Below are positions 1 through 10,935 of a stretch of 64,000 bases of DNA, piece by piece. The stretch is from Scenedesmus sp. PABB004. Taxonomy: Eukaryota. The stretch lies in NCBI GenBank assembly GCA_014905635.1, contig JABVCE010000027.1:434001-498000 (forward strand), in the 5' to 3' direction. A program made the translations under genes and the position numbers. Under the pieces are notes generated by a model. The model ran no database searches and had not been told where the DNA came from. It saw nothing but the letters and a program-made list of their open reading frames with translations. Numbering within the stretch: position 1 is the stretch's first letter; each line of letters starts with the position of its first letter.

Positions 1-1564
1 ATGCGCGCCGCCTCGAGGCTGCACGCGGGCTTGTGGTCGCGCGTGAGCTGCTGCGCGTCGCTGCCGCGGCCGAGCACGGCGCGCGAGTCGCCGACGTTGG
101 CGATGTGCAGCTTGTCGTCCACCAGCAGCAGCGCGAGCAGCGTGCTGCCCGCGTTGCAGCGTGCCGCCGCAAACTGGGTGAGGATCTCCGCCTCGGCCTG
201 CCGCACCGCCGCCGCGAGCGCGCCGAGCGGGTCGGCCGCAAGGCCCGCCGCGCCGGCGGCGAGCACGTAGCGCAGCAGGTGGTTCTCCAGGTGCTCCGCC
301 GCCTCGTGGCCGGCGTGGCCGTCAAAGACCGCGAAAAACCCGGCGCGCGCGCAGCCCGCAAACTCGGGCTGCCCGCTGAGGTCGGTGCACGCGACGCGGT
401 CCTCCATGTGCGTGCGCTGGTTCTGGTCGCTGTGCGCGCCAAAGCTCCACGGGCTCGACCAAAACGGCTCCGCGGCGCTCCACGACGCCGGCGACGGCGT
501 GCCCGCGAGCGCGGCCTGCGCGGCGCGGCGGCGGCGGCGCGGCGGCGTGACGCGGTGGGGCAGCGGGGCCGCCCGGGCGCGCGTGCGCGCATGCATGCAT
601 GCGCACGCGCGCATGCCCCCGCGTCGCGCACCTGCTGCTGCAGGATCGGCGGCACGGGCGAGTCGGACAGGCTGTCGCGCATGAGCGACGAGCGCCGGCT
701 CGCGCGCCCGCTCTCGCCCAGCTGCGACGTGCGGCGGCTCTGCCCGCCGCTCGTGAGGCTGCTCACGGTGCTCGCGTTGGCGGAGCGGCTCAGGTCGGGC
801 GGCTCCTCCGGCACGCTGCTGCTGCTGCTCGCCCGCCCCAGCATCGGCGCGCCGCTCTGCACCTGCAGCTGCGCCTGCAGCTGCTCCTGCAGCTGCTCCT
901 GCTGCGCACGCTGCCGCTGCTGCTGCTGCTGCTGCTCCTGCTGCTGCTGCGGCACCGCCGCCGCCGCGCCGTTGGCGGCGCCAGCAGTCGCTGCGGCCGG
1001 CTGCTGCTCTGGGCCGGGCAGCCGCTTGCACGCGCCGGCCCCATCGGGGCCCGGCTCCGGCGGGCGTTGACCTGCCCCGCCGCGCGGCGGCGGCGCGCCC
1101 GGCGGCGCCGGGTAGTCCGGCACCAGCGGCTCTGGCTGCGCCGGGACCTGCGCGCGGCGGGGGAGACGGGGCGGGGAGGAGGGGCGGGGGCCGTGAGCCG
1201 GGGGCGCCCCGCCGGGCGGAGCGGCCCGCATGCACAGCGACGCGCCACGCTCCTGGGGCAGCCGCGGCGCCCCGCCGCCCATGCGCGCGCCGGGCCGCCC
1301 AGGCGCCCACAGCAGGCGCGGCGCGCCGCGCCGGCCGCCGCGCAGGCCTGTCGACAACCGCCCCCCGCGCCCCGGCGCGCGCGCGCCCCGCTGCCGCCCG
1401 TGGGAGCGGCGCGAGGCGCGCACGCCACGCTGGGAGCGTCGCGGCGCGGCCTTGGCGCGCGAGCAGCAGGCCGCCCCTCCCGGGCGCACCTCCCGGGCGC
1501 CCCTCCCGCGCTCCAGGTGCTTCACGAGTTTGAGCAAGCTGGACTTCACCGGCGAGACCATCAT
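1..1564 (-). CDS. Protein phosphatase 2C family protein (spliced; runs off the left edge; start uncertain)
   Basis: Minus-strand exon ~515..1 reads WSFGAHSDQNQRTHMEDRVACTD...FFAVFDGHAGHEAAEHL...AGSTLLALLLVDDKLHIANVGDSRAVLGRG...LTRDHKP, giving the PP2C motifs MED, DGH, ANVGDSR and DHKP. Upstream Q/S-rich exon ends at 631. Candidate ATG at 1564. Confidence 0.9.
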   Translation of the reverse strand, partial: MMVSPVKSSLLKLVKHLERGRGAREVRPGGAACCSRAKAAPRRSQRGVRASRRSHGRQRGARAPGRGGRLSTGLRGGRRGAPRLLWAPGRPGARMGGGAPRLPQERGASLCMRAAPPGGAPPAHGPRPSSPPRLPRRAQVPAQPEPLVPDYPAPPGAPPPRGGAGQRPPEPGPDGAGACKRLPGPEQQPAAATAGAANGAAAAVPQQQQEQQQQQQRQRAQQEQLQEQLQAQLQVQSGAPMLGRASSSSSVPEEPPDLSRSANASTVSSLTSGGQSRRTSQLGESGRASRRSSLMRDSLSDSPVPPILQQQVRDAGACARAHACMRARAPGRPRCPTASRRRAAAAAPRRPRSRARRRRRRGAPRSRFGRARGALARTATRTSARTWRTASRAPTSAGSPSLRAARAPGFSRSLTATPATRRRSTWRTTCCATCSPPARRALRPTRSARSRRRCGRPRRRSSPSLRRHAATRAARCSRCCWWTTSCTSPTSATRAPCSAAAATRSSSRATTSPRAASRRRA

Positions 1565-1882
1565 CAGGCTAAGGCGCGACACATGACGCCGGTGTTGTGC
1601 GCTGCGGCAGCTGCTTGCTCGCGCGGCTGCGGCTGCGGCGCTCTGTTGGACGTGCGGGCGGCCCGGCGGTCACACGGGAACTGGCGGGCACGGGACCGCG
1701 CGCGCGGGCATGGCGCGGCGGCGGCGGCGGCTCCGACCGCTCTCAACCGCGCGCAGCCGCTCGGGCGCCGGCCGGCCGGTCACACGCGCGCGGCGGCGAG
1801 AGTCGTCAGCGGCGTTTGGAGGGGCTCCCCCTGGTCGGATTACTGGCCTGGAACACACCCAGGGCCAGATGGGGTGGTCGAA

Positions 1883-2731
1883 TCAATCGGAGATCGGCTG
1901 CGCCGCACACGCCGCGCCGCCGCCGTCGCGCGCCGCGAGTGCCGTGCGCGCCTCCGCCGCCACCGCCTCCATGCCCTCCATGCCCTCCAGCACCTGCGGC
2001 GTGCGCGTGCGTGCGCTCGGCGGCGGCACGCCCCCTGCGCCGCCCGCGGCGCGCGCGAGCGCCCCCGCACCTCGACGAACGAGCGCAGCTTGGCGAGGTT
2101 GGTGATCTTCCAGGCGCGCCTGATGAGCGCTTGCTCGCTCATGTAGGACAGGCTGCGCCGCGGCCGGAGCCGGCCCTCAGAGCGCGCCGCGCGCGCTGCC
2201 CCGCCACCGGCCGCGCGGCCGCGCGCAGCGTGGCGCACCGGTGCAGGTTGTGCGCGTGGTGCGCGTCGTCGCTGAGCGTGGCGAGCGCGCTGCTGCTCGG
2301 CCGCCGCGCCGCACGCAGCGGTGGCGCCGCGCCGCCCCCGCCGCCGTCGTCGTCTTCGTCGTAGTCGAGCGGGCTGCGCCGGGCGGCCGCGTGAGCGCGC
2401 GGCGGCTGCGCGCGTGCGGGCGCGGGCGCGGGCGCGGGCGCGGCGCGCACCCGTGCTCGGCGGGCTGCGCCGCGAGCCGCCGCGAGCGGCGCGACGGCTC
2501 CGCCGGCAGCGCCTGCTCCTTGCCGCCACCGCCGGCTGTCCACCATGGCCGCTTTTTGGCACGCTTGGCGCCCGCCGCCGCCGCGAGCCGCTCCGCCTCG
2601 CCGTTCAGACCCAGCTCCGCGAGCACCGCCTCGTTGCGCGCGATGCGCGCCGCGCGCGCGGCCTCAAACTCCGTCAGCAGCGGCTGCTGCTCTGGCTGCT
2701 GCTGCTGCGGCTGCTCCTGGCGCTGCGCCAT
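1883..2731 (-). CDS. Hypothetical protein (4 exons)
   Basis: MAQRQEQ...LLTEFEAARAARIARNEAVLAELGL...SRRSRRL; later exons PLDYDEDDD..., LSYMSEQALIRRAWKITNLAKLRSFVE and VLEGMEGMEAV...QPISD*, joined by GT..AG introns. Confidence 0.65.
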
Positions 2732-3186
2732 CGCTGCCGGGGCGCGGCGCGGCGCGGTGCGGGCAACAACGGCGGCGGCACGCGTGCCAGGCGGTGCGGG
2801 CGGGCGAGGAGGGGGTCAGGCGTGCGGGCGCACGGCGGGGTCGGCGGCGGCGAGGTGTGGCCAGGCGGCGGCTCCGCGCCGGCGCGCAGCGCGCGAAAAG
2901 CGTCAGCCCGCTCGCTTGAACCGCGCCACACACGAACGCCGCTGCACACGCGCGCCTCTTGTCGCCGCTGCACACCGCCGAAACGCCCCGCCCCCACACC
3001 CGCCCGCCGCAGCGCACGCAACAGCGCGCGACAGCAGCGCGCCGCCGCCGCCGCCGCCGCCCGCGCCCCAGCGAGCCGCTCGCCGGCAGAGCGCAGGCGG
3101 GCCCGCTTGACGGCCGCCAGGCGGGCGTGGTCGACGGCGCCGGGCAGCCCCCAGCTCTCGCAGCAGCAGCAGAAGCAGCAGCAGCG

Positions 3187-4184
3187 ATGTCGGCCGCGCC
3201 GAGCAGGCGCGAGACGCGCTCGCGCAAGGTCTCCCAGCGCATGGCCGTGGTGGACGACTCCACGCGCCAGCGGGTGCGCGCGGCGCCCGGCACCCGCTGC
3301 GCGCTGCGGCCCGCTCCCCGCTGCGCGCCGCTGCCCGCCGCTGCCCTGGGCGCCGCCGCGCCTGGCGCCTCCCCCTCGACACCCCCCCTCCCGCCGCTGC
3401 CGCCGCGCCCGCCGCGCGCGCGTCGCCGCGCAGGCCGCGCAGTCGCGGCTGGAGGCCCTTGAGCAGGACAACGCGGACGACGCGCCCGACCCCTACGGCC
3501 TGCTGCCGGGCGACGACGACGAGGAGTTCCTGGTCGCAGACGACGACGCAGACGACGAGGGTGCGCGCCGCCGCAGCGGCGGCGACGCCGCGCCCGGCCG
3601 AGCCCGATGCCCGCGCAGCGCGGCGCGGCGCCGCCGCGGCGAGACTGGCGGCGCCGCGGCGCGCGCCCGACCGCGCCGCCGCCGCCGCCGCTGCCGGCCG
3701 GGCGCTGGGCGCTCGGCGTGCGCGGCCGCAGAGGTCGAGGTGGGGCGCAAGCGCAAGCGCAAGTCGGGCGCCAAGCGCAAGACGCGCGGCGCGCTCGCCG
3801 ACGGCCGCGCGCCCAAGAGCTTCCAGCGCCTGCTCGAGGAGTCTGGCCTCCTCGACGCGCCGCCCGGCGGCGTCAACTACCTCTCCGCCGCCGCGGCGCC
3901 CTCGGCCGCGTACGCGCCGCGCAAGTTCTGCTCCGTGTGCGGCTTCCTGTCGAGGTGCGCAGCGCTGCCCCGCGCAGCGCTGCCCCGCGCGCAGGGAGCG
4001 GCGCGGACGGGGGCGGGCTGCGCGCACTGCGGCGCACGCGTCGCGGCCGACGCCGCGCCGCCGCCGCGCCGCCGTGCGGCGCCGCCGCCGCAGCTACACG
4101 TGCGCGCGGTGCGGCTCCAAGTATTGCTGCCGCAAGTGCTACACGGTGCACACGGAGACGCGCTGTCTGAAGTTCATGGCCTGA
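3187..4184 (+). CDS. SWC6: SWR1 complex subunit 6 (zinc-finger HIT; ZNHIT1/SEF/Vps71)
   Basis: RLEALEQDN, YLSAAAAPS..PRKFCSVCGF, YTCARCGSKYCCRKCYTVHTETRCLKFMA* (HIT zinc finger); 4 exons. Confidence 0.93.
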
Positions 4185-4903
4185 GCACACACCAGCGTGC
4201 CCCGCCCTCCCACCACGCTGCCTCGCCGGCCCTCCCACATGGCGGAGGTGGCAGCAGCTGGCGCCGCCACCGCCGCCGTCCGGCGGGCGCCGCCCACGAC
4301 CGGCCCGGACGCCGCTGCCCCGCGGCGCAGCACGCCCGGCGAGCAGGGGCCCGACGGCGGTGGCGCCCGCCCCCGCCCTCCTGCTCGCTCGCCCCGCGCC
4401 CGCGCCGTGCGGCTGGCCAGCCGCTGACGCCGGCGCCGCGGGCTCTGCGCGGCAAGGCAAGGCCGCCGTGATGCGAGCCCGCCCCGCCCCGAGCTCGCCG
4501 CGATGCGAGCTCGCTGGCTGCTGGGCACGTCGCGTTGTTACTCGCCGCCGTGCGCGCGCAGCGTGCCCGTCGTAACAAACCCCTGCTGCGGCCCGCCCCG
4601 GGCGTCGCACGCCAAAGCCCATAACCAACCGCGGCCCCCAGGAACCAAGCGAGGTCTTGAGCGCCCCCCGACCGGGGGCGCCGCGCTGGGGCGCCGCGCC
4701 CGCCGGGCGCGCGCTTTTCTTGGGCAGCGGCTCGCGCCGCTGAAACAAGCAAGGAACCGCCGCCGCCGGTGCTGAGGAGCAGCCGCCGCGCGTGCATCCG
4801 CCCCGCCCCGCCAGCCAGCCCCAGCCCTCCGCCCTCCCCCGCCCGCCGCCGCGCGCCCCGCCGTGACGGCGCCCGCGGCCGCGCGCCGCCGGCGCTTCTT
4901 CAG

Positions 4904-5749
4904 CTAGCTGAAGAACGCGGCGCCGCAGGTGCAGCTGCGCCGGTTGCCCATGCACACGCCCTCATGGCTGGGGTTGAGCCGCGCGAAACTCGGCGTCGGC
5001 GGCGCCTCGAGCAGCGCTGCCTGCGCGGCCGCCCAGCGCGGCGGGTCGGCCTGCAGGCTGGCGTGGAGGTTGAACAGCCGCACCGACTTGACCGCGTCCA
5101 CCGCCGCGTTGTGCCCGCCCGCGGCGGGGTCCCAGCCGAGCAGGTGCTTCGCGAGGTGGTCCTGGCTGTACACGCTGTAGCTCTTGTACTGGGGGTTCCA
5201 GATGCGGTACAGGCCCGCGAGGTCCATGCAGCTCGCGTAGTCCACGCCCTCGCGCAGGCCCAGCCACTGCACGTCCTGCAGGATGTTCTGCCCCACCAGC
5301 ACCGCGCTGCGCGGCAGGCAGGTCTTGAGCCGCGCGATCGCGTCGCCGAGCGGCACGCCGCGCGCCGCGATCAGCTCCGCCGTCAGCCCAGTCAGCGGCG
5401 TGAGGTAGCTCACGACCGGCTGCTCCGGCTTGACCAGGATGTCAAGGATGACCTGCGCGCCGCCGGCGCAGCGCCGCGCCGCCGTCGGCAAAGCGCCGCG
5501 CCCGCCACGGCCGCCGCGGGCAGCGCCGGCGGCGGGCCGCCGCCACGCGCGCGGCGCGCCGGCGCCGCCGCGCGGCGCCGGCTGCCGCCCCCGCGCGCCC
5601 GCGCCGCCGGCAGCGCTCCGCACCTGCTCGTACTGGTCCACCAGCGCTATCTGGCCCACCGCGCGGCTGTTGTGGTCGGTGCCGGTCGCGACGCACTCCA
5701 CGTCTATGCTGTAGTGCGTGGCGGGGCCGTACTGCTGCTGCGCGTACAT
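4904..5749 (-). CDS. DEDDh 3'-5' exonuclease, REX4-like
   Basis: YSIDVECVATG (ExoI), VLVGQNILQDV (ExoII), HNAAVDAVKS (ExoIII); one intron ~5622..5452; Cys-rich tail EGVCMGNRRSCTCG. Confidence 0.88.
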   Translation of the reverse strand: MYAQQQYGPATHYSIDVECVATGTDHNSRAVGQIALVDQYEQVRSAAGGAGARGRQPAPRGGAGAPRAWRRPAAGAARGGRGGRGALPTAARRCAGGAQVILDILVKPEQPVVSYLTPLTGLTAELIAARGVPLGDAIARLKTCLPRSAVLVGQNILQDVQWLGLREGVDYASCMDLAGLYRIWNPQYKSYSVYSQDHLAKHLLGWDPAAGGHNAAVDAVKSVRLFNLHASLQADPPRWAAAQAALLEAPPTPSFARLNPSHEGVCMGNRRSCTCGAAFFS

Positions 5750-6095
5750 GGCTGCCGCGCGGGGGCGGCGCCCGCGGCGCGGCGGCGGCCCGGCGGCGAG
5801 CAGTCGGCGGCGGCGGCGACGGCGCTGCTGATGGCGGCGCGCTGCGCGGCTGGCTCCGGGAGCGCGGCGGCGGGGCCCCGGGGGCGCAGGAGGCGGGGAG
5901 AAAGGATGCACGAGCGAGGGCTGCGGGCCCGCTGAACAGCCCGCTGCGGCGCCGCCGTCAGTCCGCCGTCGCGACGGTGGACGTCGTGCCGCCCGCCGCG
6001 CGTGTGCCTGCGCGGGCGCTCCGCCCACCCGCCAGTGTGGGAGCGCGCAGCCCGCCGCTGGCGCTCCTTGCCAGCCCGATCCTGTTGCCGGCGGC

Positions 6096-7088
6096 ATGTG
6101 GCAGCTCGGCGCGTTCGCGGCGGCGCTGGCGGCGTTCCACGCGTCAGAGTTTGCCCTCGCGGCGGCGTTCCAGGGGGAGACCCTGTCGTCCAGATGTGCG
6201 TGGGCGCGCAGGGGCCGCCCTCGCCGCCCGGGCGTGCGCACACCGCGCCGCCGGCGGCAGCGTGCGCGCCGCTGCCGCCCGAGCCCGCGCCGCCGCGCCG
6301 CCGCCCGCGCAGCGCTGCTGATCAGCCGGCCCTACGTGGTCGCCATGGCCGCCGGCGTGGCGGAGTTCTTGGCCGAGGCGGCGCTGGCGCCGGGCCTCAA
6401 GGCGCGCGGCGGCGGCGCGGTGGCGTGGGCCGGCCTCGCGCTGGTGCTCGGCGGCGAGGCGCTGCGCAAGGCGGCGATGGTGCGGTGGCCGGGCGCGCGG
6501 GCTGCTGCTTGCGGGCGCGCGCGGCCGCGGCGGGCGCCGAGCCCCGGCCGCCGCCGCCGCGCGTGCGCGCACGGGCGCGGCCAGGTCACGGCCGGGCGCG
6601 CGTTCACCCACGACATCCAGCGCGCCAAGCGCCCCGGGCACCGCCTCGTCACTCACGGCGTCTACAGGTCGGCACCCCGCCCCGCCCGCCGCGCGCGCCA
6701 GGCGGCAGCGCCCGCCGGCGTGAGCGCCGGCGCCGACACCGCTGCCCGCCGCGCTCGCGCCGCCGGCGCAGCGTGGTGCGGCACCCGGGCTACGCCGGCT
6801 GGCTCCTGTGGGCGGTCGGGACGCAGCTGCTGCTCGCAAACCCAGTCTGCGCCGCCGCGTTTGCCGTCGTGGTGCGCGGCGCCGCCGCGCGCTGCGCGCT
6901 GTGTTCTGTGGCACAGAGCCTCTCGCGTGCGGCGCCGACCGCCTCGCCTCGCGCCCCGTCGCCCTCAGGCGTGGCGGTTCTTCCGGGACCGCATCGCGTA
7001 CGAGGAGGCGACGCTGCGGCGGTTCTTTGGCCCCGCATACGACGCGTACGCGGCTGCCACGCCCTCCGGCATCCCCGGGGTGCCATGA
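6096..7088 (+). CDS. ICMT: Protein-S-isoprenylcysteine O-methyltransferase
   Basis: FHASEF, GEALRKAAM/VTAGRAFTHDI...HRLVTHGVY/VRHPGYAGWLLWAVGTQLLLANP/WRFFRDRIAYEEATLRRFFG..Y..Y...TPSGIP (STE14 signatures). Confidence 0.95.
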   Translation: MWQLGAFAAALAAFHASEFALAAAFQGETLSSRCAWARRGRPRRPGVRTPRRRRQRARRCRPSPRRRAAARAALLISRPYVVAMAAGVAEFLAEAALAPGLKARGGGAVAWAGLALVLGGEALRKAAMVRWPGARAAACGRARPRRAPSPGRRRRACAHGRGQVTAGRAFTHDIQRAKRPGHRLVTHGVYRSAPRPARRARQAAAPAGVSAGADTAARRARAAGAAWCGTRATPAGSCGRSGRSCCSQTQSAPPRLPSWCAAPPRAARCVLWHRASRVRRRPPRLAPRRPQAWRFFRDRIAYEEATLRRFFGPAYDAYAAATPSGIPGVP

Positions 7089-7446
7089 GCGCGCCGCGCC
7101 GCCGCCACCGCTCCACGTCTAGCCCCTCGCCGGCGCGACCTCCCCCGCGCCAGGGCTGCCTCGGGCGCCCCGCCCCTCCCTCGCCCCGCCCCGCGCCAGG
7201 TGCCGCCGACCCGCGACGGCCCGGCGGTCCGGCCCCGCGCGCACGCCGCGACGGTACCGTCGCGGCGGGGGGCTACGCTGCCGCCACTGCAGCACGCCAG
7301 CTGGCCGACGCGCGGCGCCCGCAGCAGCAAGAGCTCGAGCTGCGTCGCCGCCCGGTGGGCCACGCAGGCCCTGCAGCCCGGGCGGGCGCTCCAGCAGCAC
7401 GGACCTCGCGCGTGCCATGTGACCGGGCGGTTACTGGTCCGTGCGG

Positions 7447-8015
7447 TCACCGCCCGCCGCTCGTGCTGGACCGCCTCCGCCGCCGCGACCCGCTGCCAGC
7501 ATTGGGCGGCTCGCCGACGACGCCCGCCGCCGCGGCTGGCGGCGCCTGCTGCACGGCCGGCGCGCCGCGCCCAGCCGCCGGCCGCTTGCTGCGCTGCTGC
7601 TGCTGCGGCTGCGGCGGCTGCTGCGGCTGCTGCGGCGGCTGCGGCGGCTGCGGCTCCGCCTGCTGCGGGCTGGCGTGCGCCGCGCCGTCGTCGCTGCCGC
7701 CCGCGCGCCACCACTCCCAGTCCCGGCCCTCCTCGCCGTCCTCCCACTCATCCCCGTCCTCCTCGCCCTCGGCCGGCGCGAGCCCCGCCGCCTGCTGCCG
7801 CCGGAGGCGCGCGAGGCCGGTGAGTAGGTCGTCGAGCTGACCGGCGTTGCGCGCCGCGTAGGGAGCTGCCTGGTCGCCGCCCGCGCCCTGCTGACCGTCG
7901 CCTGGCCCTGTAGCGGAAGCAGTGGCGCAACGGTTCCTGCAGCCGGCGGCGACAGACAGAGCGGGCGGCGGCAGCAGCGGTCGGCAGCAGCGGCGCTTGC
8001 GGCAGCGGCGGCGCA
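7447..8015 (-). CDS. Possible low-complexity hypothetical protein
   Basis: Open frame with a protein-like segment AGQLDDLLTGLARLRRQQ...EGEEDGDEWEDGEEGRDWEWW and Q/P tracts; no recognisable domain; start and end uncertain. Confidence 0.3.
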
Positions 8016-8515
8016 TTCGGTCGCCCGAGACAGCCGATCGTGCCTGTGCCGCAGCGTCGTCGCCGGATGAAAAAGCCGCCGCAGCGGCGCCGCGCCTGGC
8101 CGCGCGGCGCAGCCCGCCGCTGCTGCTGGCGCGCTGGCGGCGGCCATGGCGCTGGCGCGGTCGGGCGAGGAGCGGGGCGGGGGCGATCGATCGTCGGTCT
8201 AACCACCACGCGGGAGCACCGCGCCGCCGTCTCAGGCGCCGCCGCAAGCCTAAAGCCCTGTGCAGTGCGGCGCGGCGCGCAATGACGCGCCGCGCCGGAA
8301 CAGCCGCCGCCAGGTGTGGCGCCCCGGGGGCGTTGTGCCGCCCGGGGCTGCACCGAGGCGGCGGCAGAGAGAGGGGGAGGAAGCGCGCGAGCAACTCGCT
8401 CGCCGCACAGAAGGTGCGGGCGATGAGGTGGGCAGGCAGGGCAGGCCGCCGCGCGGCCTGCGCTCAGGCCGCCAGCCGCTGGCTGCGCGCCGCCAATTCG
8501 CGCGCCGCCGCCGGC

Positions 8516-10387
8516 TCACGCGGCGGTGAGCGCGTGCTTGAGCAGCTCATACACCGAGATGACGATCGCGCACGCGGGCGCGGCGCGCGCGGCGCGGGGC
8601 TTGACGCCGCTGAACAGCCCCTCCACGCCGTCGCGCGCGTACACCTCGCGCAGCACCTCCGCGACGCGCACGCGCGACAGCCGCGCGCCGACGCCGCCGC
8701 CGGGGGCCGCGCCGCTCGCCGCGCCGCTCGCCGCGCCGCTCGCCGCGCCGCTCGCCGCGCCGTGTGGGCGCGCGATCTGCATGCGCGTCTTGGCGACGTC
8801 AAACGGCGTCGTCACGCCCGCCGCGACGCCGCCCGCGACGGCGCCGGAGACCATGTTGGCCAGCAGGATCTCCAGCTGCGTGTGCACCACCGGCCCGCGC
8901 CCGCACCCGCCGTCGCCCGCCGCGCCCGGCGGCGGCGGCGCGGCGCCGCGCTGCGGCCAGGGGCGCCAGTGGCTGTTGATCGGCAGCATCGCGCCGCGCA
9001 GCGGCTCCACCAGGGCCCAGTAGAGCGCCGAGAAGGGCACGTCACGCACGAGCGTGGCGCTGAAGCCCGTCCACAGGCGCGGCACGAGGCGCAGCGCGCC
9101 CGCGGCGCCGCCGCCGCCCGGCGCCGGTGGCGCCGCGGTCGCCTGCAGCGCCTGCGCCGCCGGCACGGCGACGAGCTTGCCGCCGCCGCCGCCGGCGCCG
9201 GCGCCGCCGGGGAGGTGGTGGTCGCGCAGGAACGCGGCGACGGTGCCGCGCACCGTCACGCCCGCGCCCGCCGACGCCTGCAGGCGCGTGCGCAGCAGCT
9301 CAAACGGCGCGACCGCGAAGCACGCCGCCGTGCGCGCGGCCGTGCCGGCCACGACCGGCGCGGCGCCGCCGAGGGGGTCGCGCCAGGCCGCGAGGAGGGT
9401 GTCGTACAGGGGCATGTAGATGCCGACCATGGGCACCGCGATGAGCAGGCTCGCGCTCGTGCCGCGCCAGAGCACGGCCAGGCCCTCGCGCGCGCGGATC
9501 GCGCCCGCCGTCTCCCACATGCTGTGCGCGGGCAGCAGCCCGCGCGCCGCCGGTGCGCCGCAGTCGCAGCCCGCCGCCGCGCGCAGCGCGGCCGCGCCGG
9601 CGGCGCCCGCCGGCGGGCGCACGCCCCAGCCCGGCGGCGCGGCGGGCGTGCGGCGGATGGGGATGGGGCCTTCCGTGATGCCCCACCGCCTGAGGGCGGA
9701 CGACGCGCCGGCGGCGGCGGACGACACGCCGTCAGCCGCGCCCGCGGCGGCCGAGGCCGCCGCCGCGCCGAGCGCCGCCGCCGCGCCGCGCCACGCCGCG
9801 CCGCCGCCGCCGCCGCCCAGCAGCGCGGCGGCGGCGGCGGCCTCGGCGCTGAGCGTGTGGGCGTGCCGCAGCAGGCGGTGGCCCGCCGCCCGCTGCCCGC
9901 TCGGCTGCTGCTCGCTGCCAGCGCAGCCGGCGTGCAGGCCGCGCCGCGCCGCGTGCCTGCCGAGGCAGGCGCGGGCGATCGCGACCGCGCGTCAACGGCG
10001 CTGCCGCGCCGGCCGGACGGCCCGCCGCCGCAGCCCCTGCTGCCCCTGGCTGCCCCTGTGGTCCCCCCGCGCCCCGCGCCGCGCCCCACTCACTCATAGA
10101 GCGTGGTGTTGGTGCAGCGAAACGGCGACGGCGCGCTGCACTGCGTCGCCTGCTGCCCCGTGGCCGCGGCCATCGCCTGCGCCTGGATGCGCGTCTGCGG
10201 GCGCGAGCGCGGCGCGGGTGTGGCTCCCGCTGCGCGCAGGGTTGTGCCGCTGCTGCTGCCGCTGCCGCTGCTGCCGCACCTTCACGACGTCCAGCGGGTT
10301 CACAATCGCCGCCGCCACGACCGCCGCGCCCGCCGCCGCCGCAGCCCGGCCGCCCAGCGTCAGCGCGCCGGCCTCGTCGCGCGCCAT
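8516..10387 (-). CDS. Mitochondrial carrier, MTM1/SLC25A39-40-like
   Basis: Three carrier repeats: VNPLDVVK/TRIQAQ, VAPFELLRTRLQA, TTPFDVAKTRMQ; LWTGFSATLVRDVPFSALYW and RAAPACAIVISVYE fit the MTM1 clade. Confidence 0.92.
8705..8760. repeat. 12-bp tandem repeat (gccgcgccgctc) x~4 encoding GAAS repeats in the carrier
   Basis: Direct reading of the sequence. Confidence 0.85.
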
Positions 10388-10935
10388 GGCGCCCGGGGCG
10401 GCGACGACGCGCGGCCGCTCGCGGCAGCCGCGGGCGCGTCGTCGCCACGCGCCGCCCCGGCCCGGCGCTGGCCCGCCGCGGTCCCCGGCCGGCCTGGGGC
10501 GACGCAATGCACGCCCACGAGCGGCGGGGTGGGCGTGCCGGGAGCTGTGTGCGGCGCAGGCCGGCCGACTGTTCGACGGTGTGGTGGGCGCGCCCGGCCT
10601 GTCGCGGGGCGCCCCCGCTCCGGGCCCGGGGCGGAGGGCGGCGACCGGGGGGCCCGCGGAGACTGCGGCTCGCGGGCGGGGGCGGGCGGCATGGCGCAGC
10701 AGCAGGTCGAGGCAGCCGGAGCGTCCAGAAACCGAGACCCACTCCCTGGTGCCCGGAGCACCTCGCCTCAACCCACCACCACGCGCACACACGCCGCACA
10801 CGCGCGCCGCGATCTGCCGCGCCCGCCGCGCCGGCAGCAGCGCCCGCCGCCCGACCCCAGGTCGCCGCCGGCCAGCGCGCCGGCCGGCCGGCCAGAGCTC
10901 GCGCCCGGCAGGGCCTGGGCAGCGGCGCGCCACGC

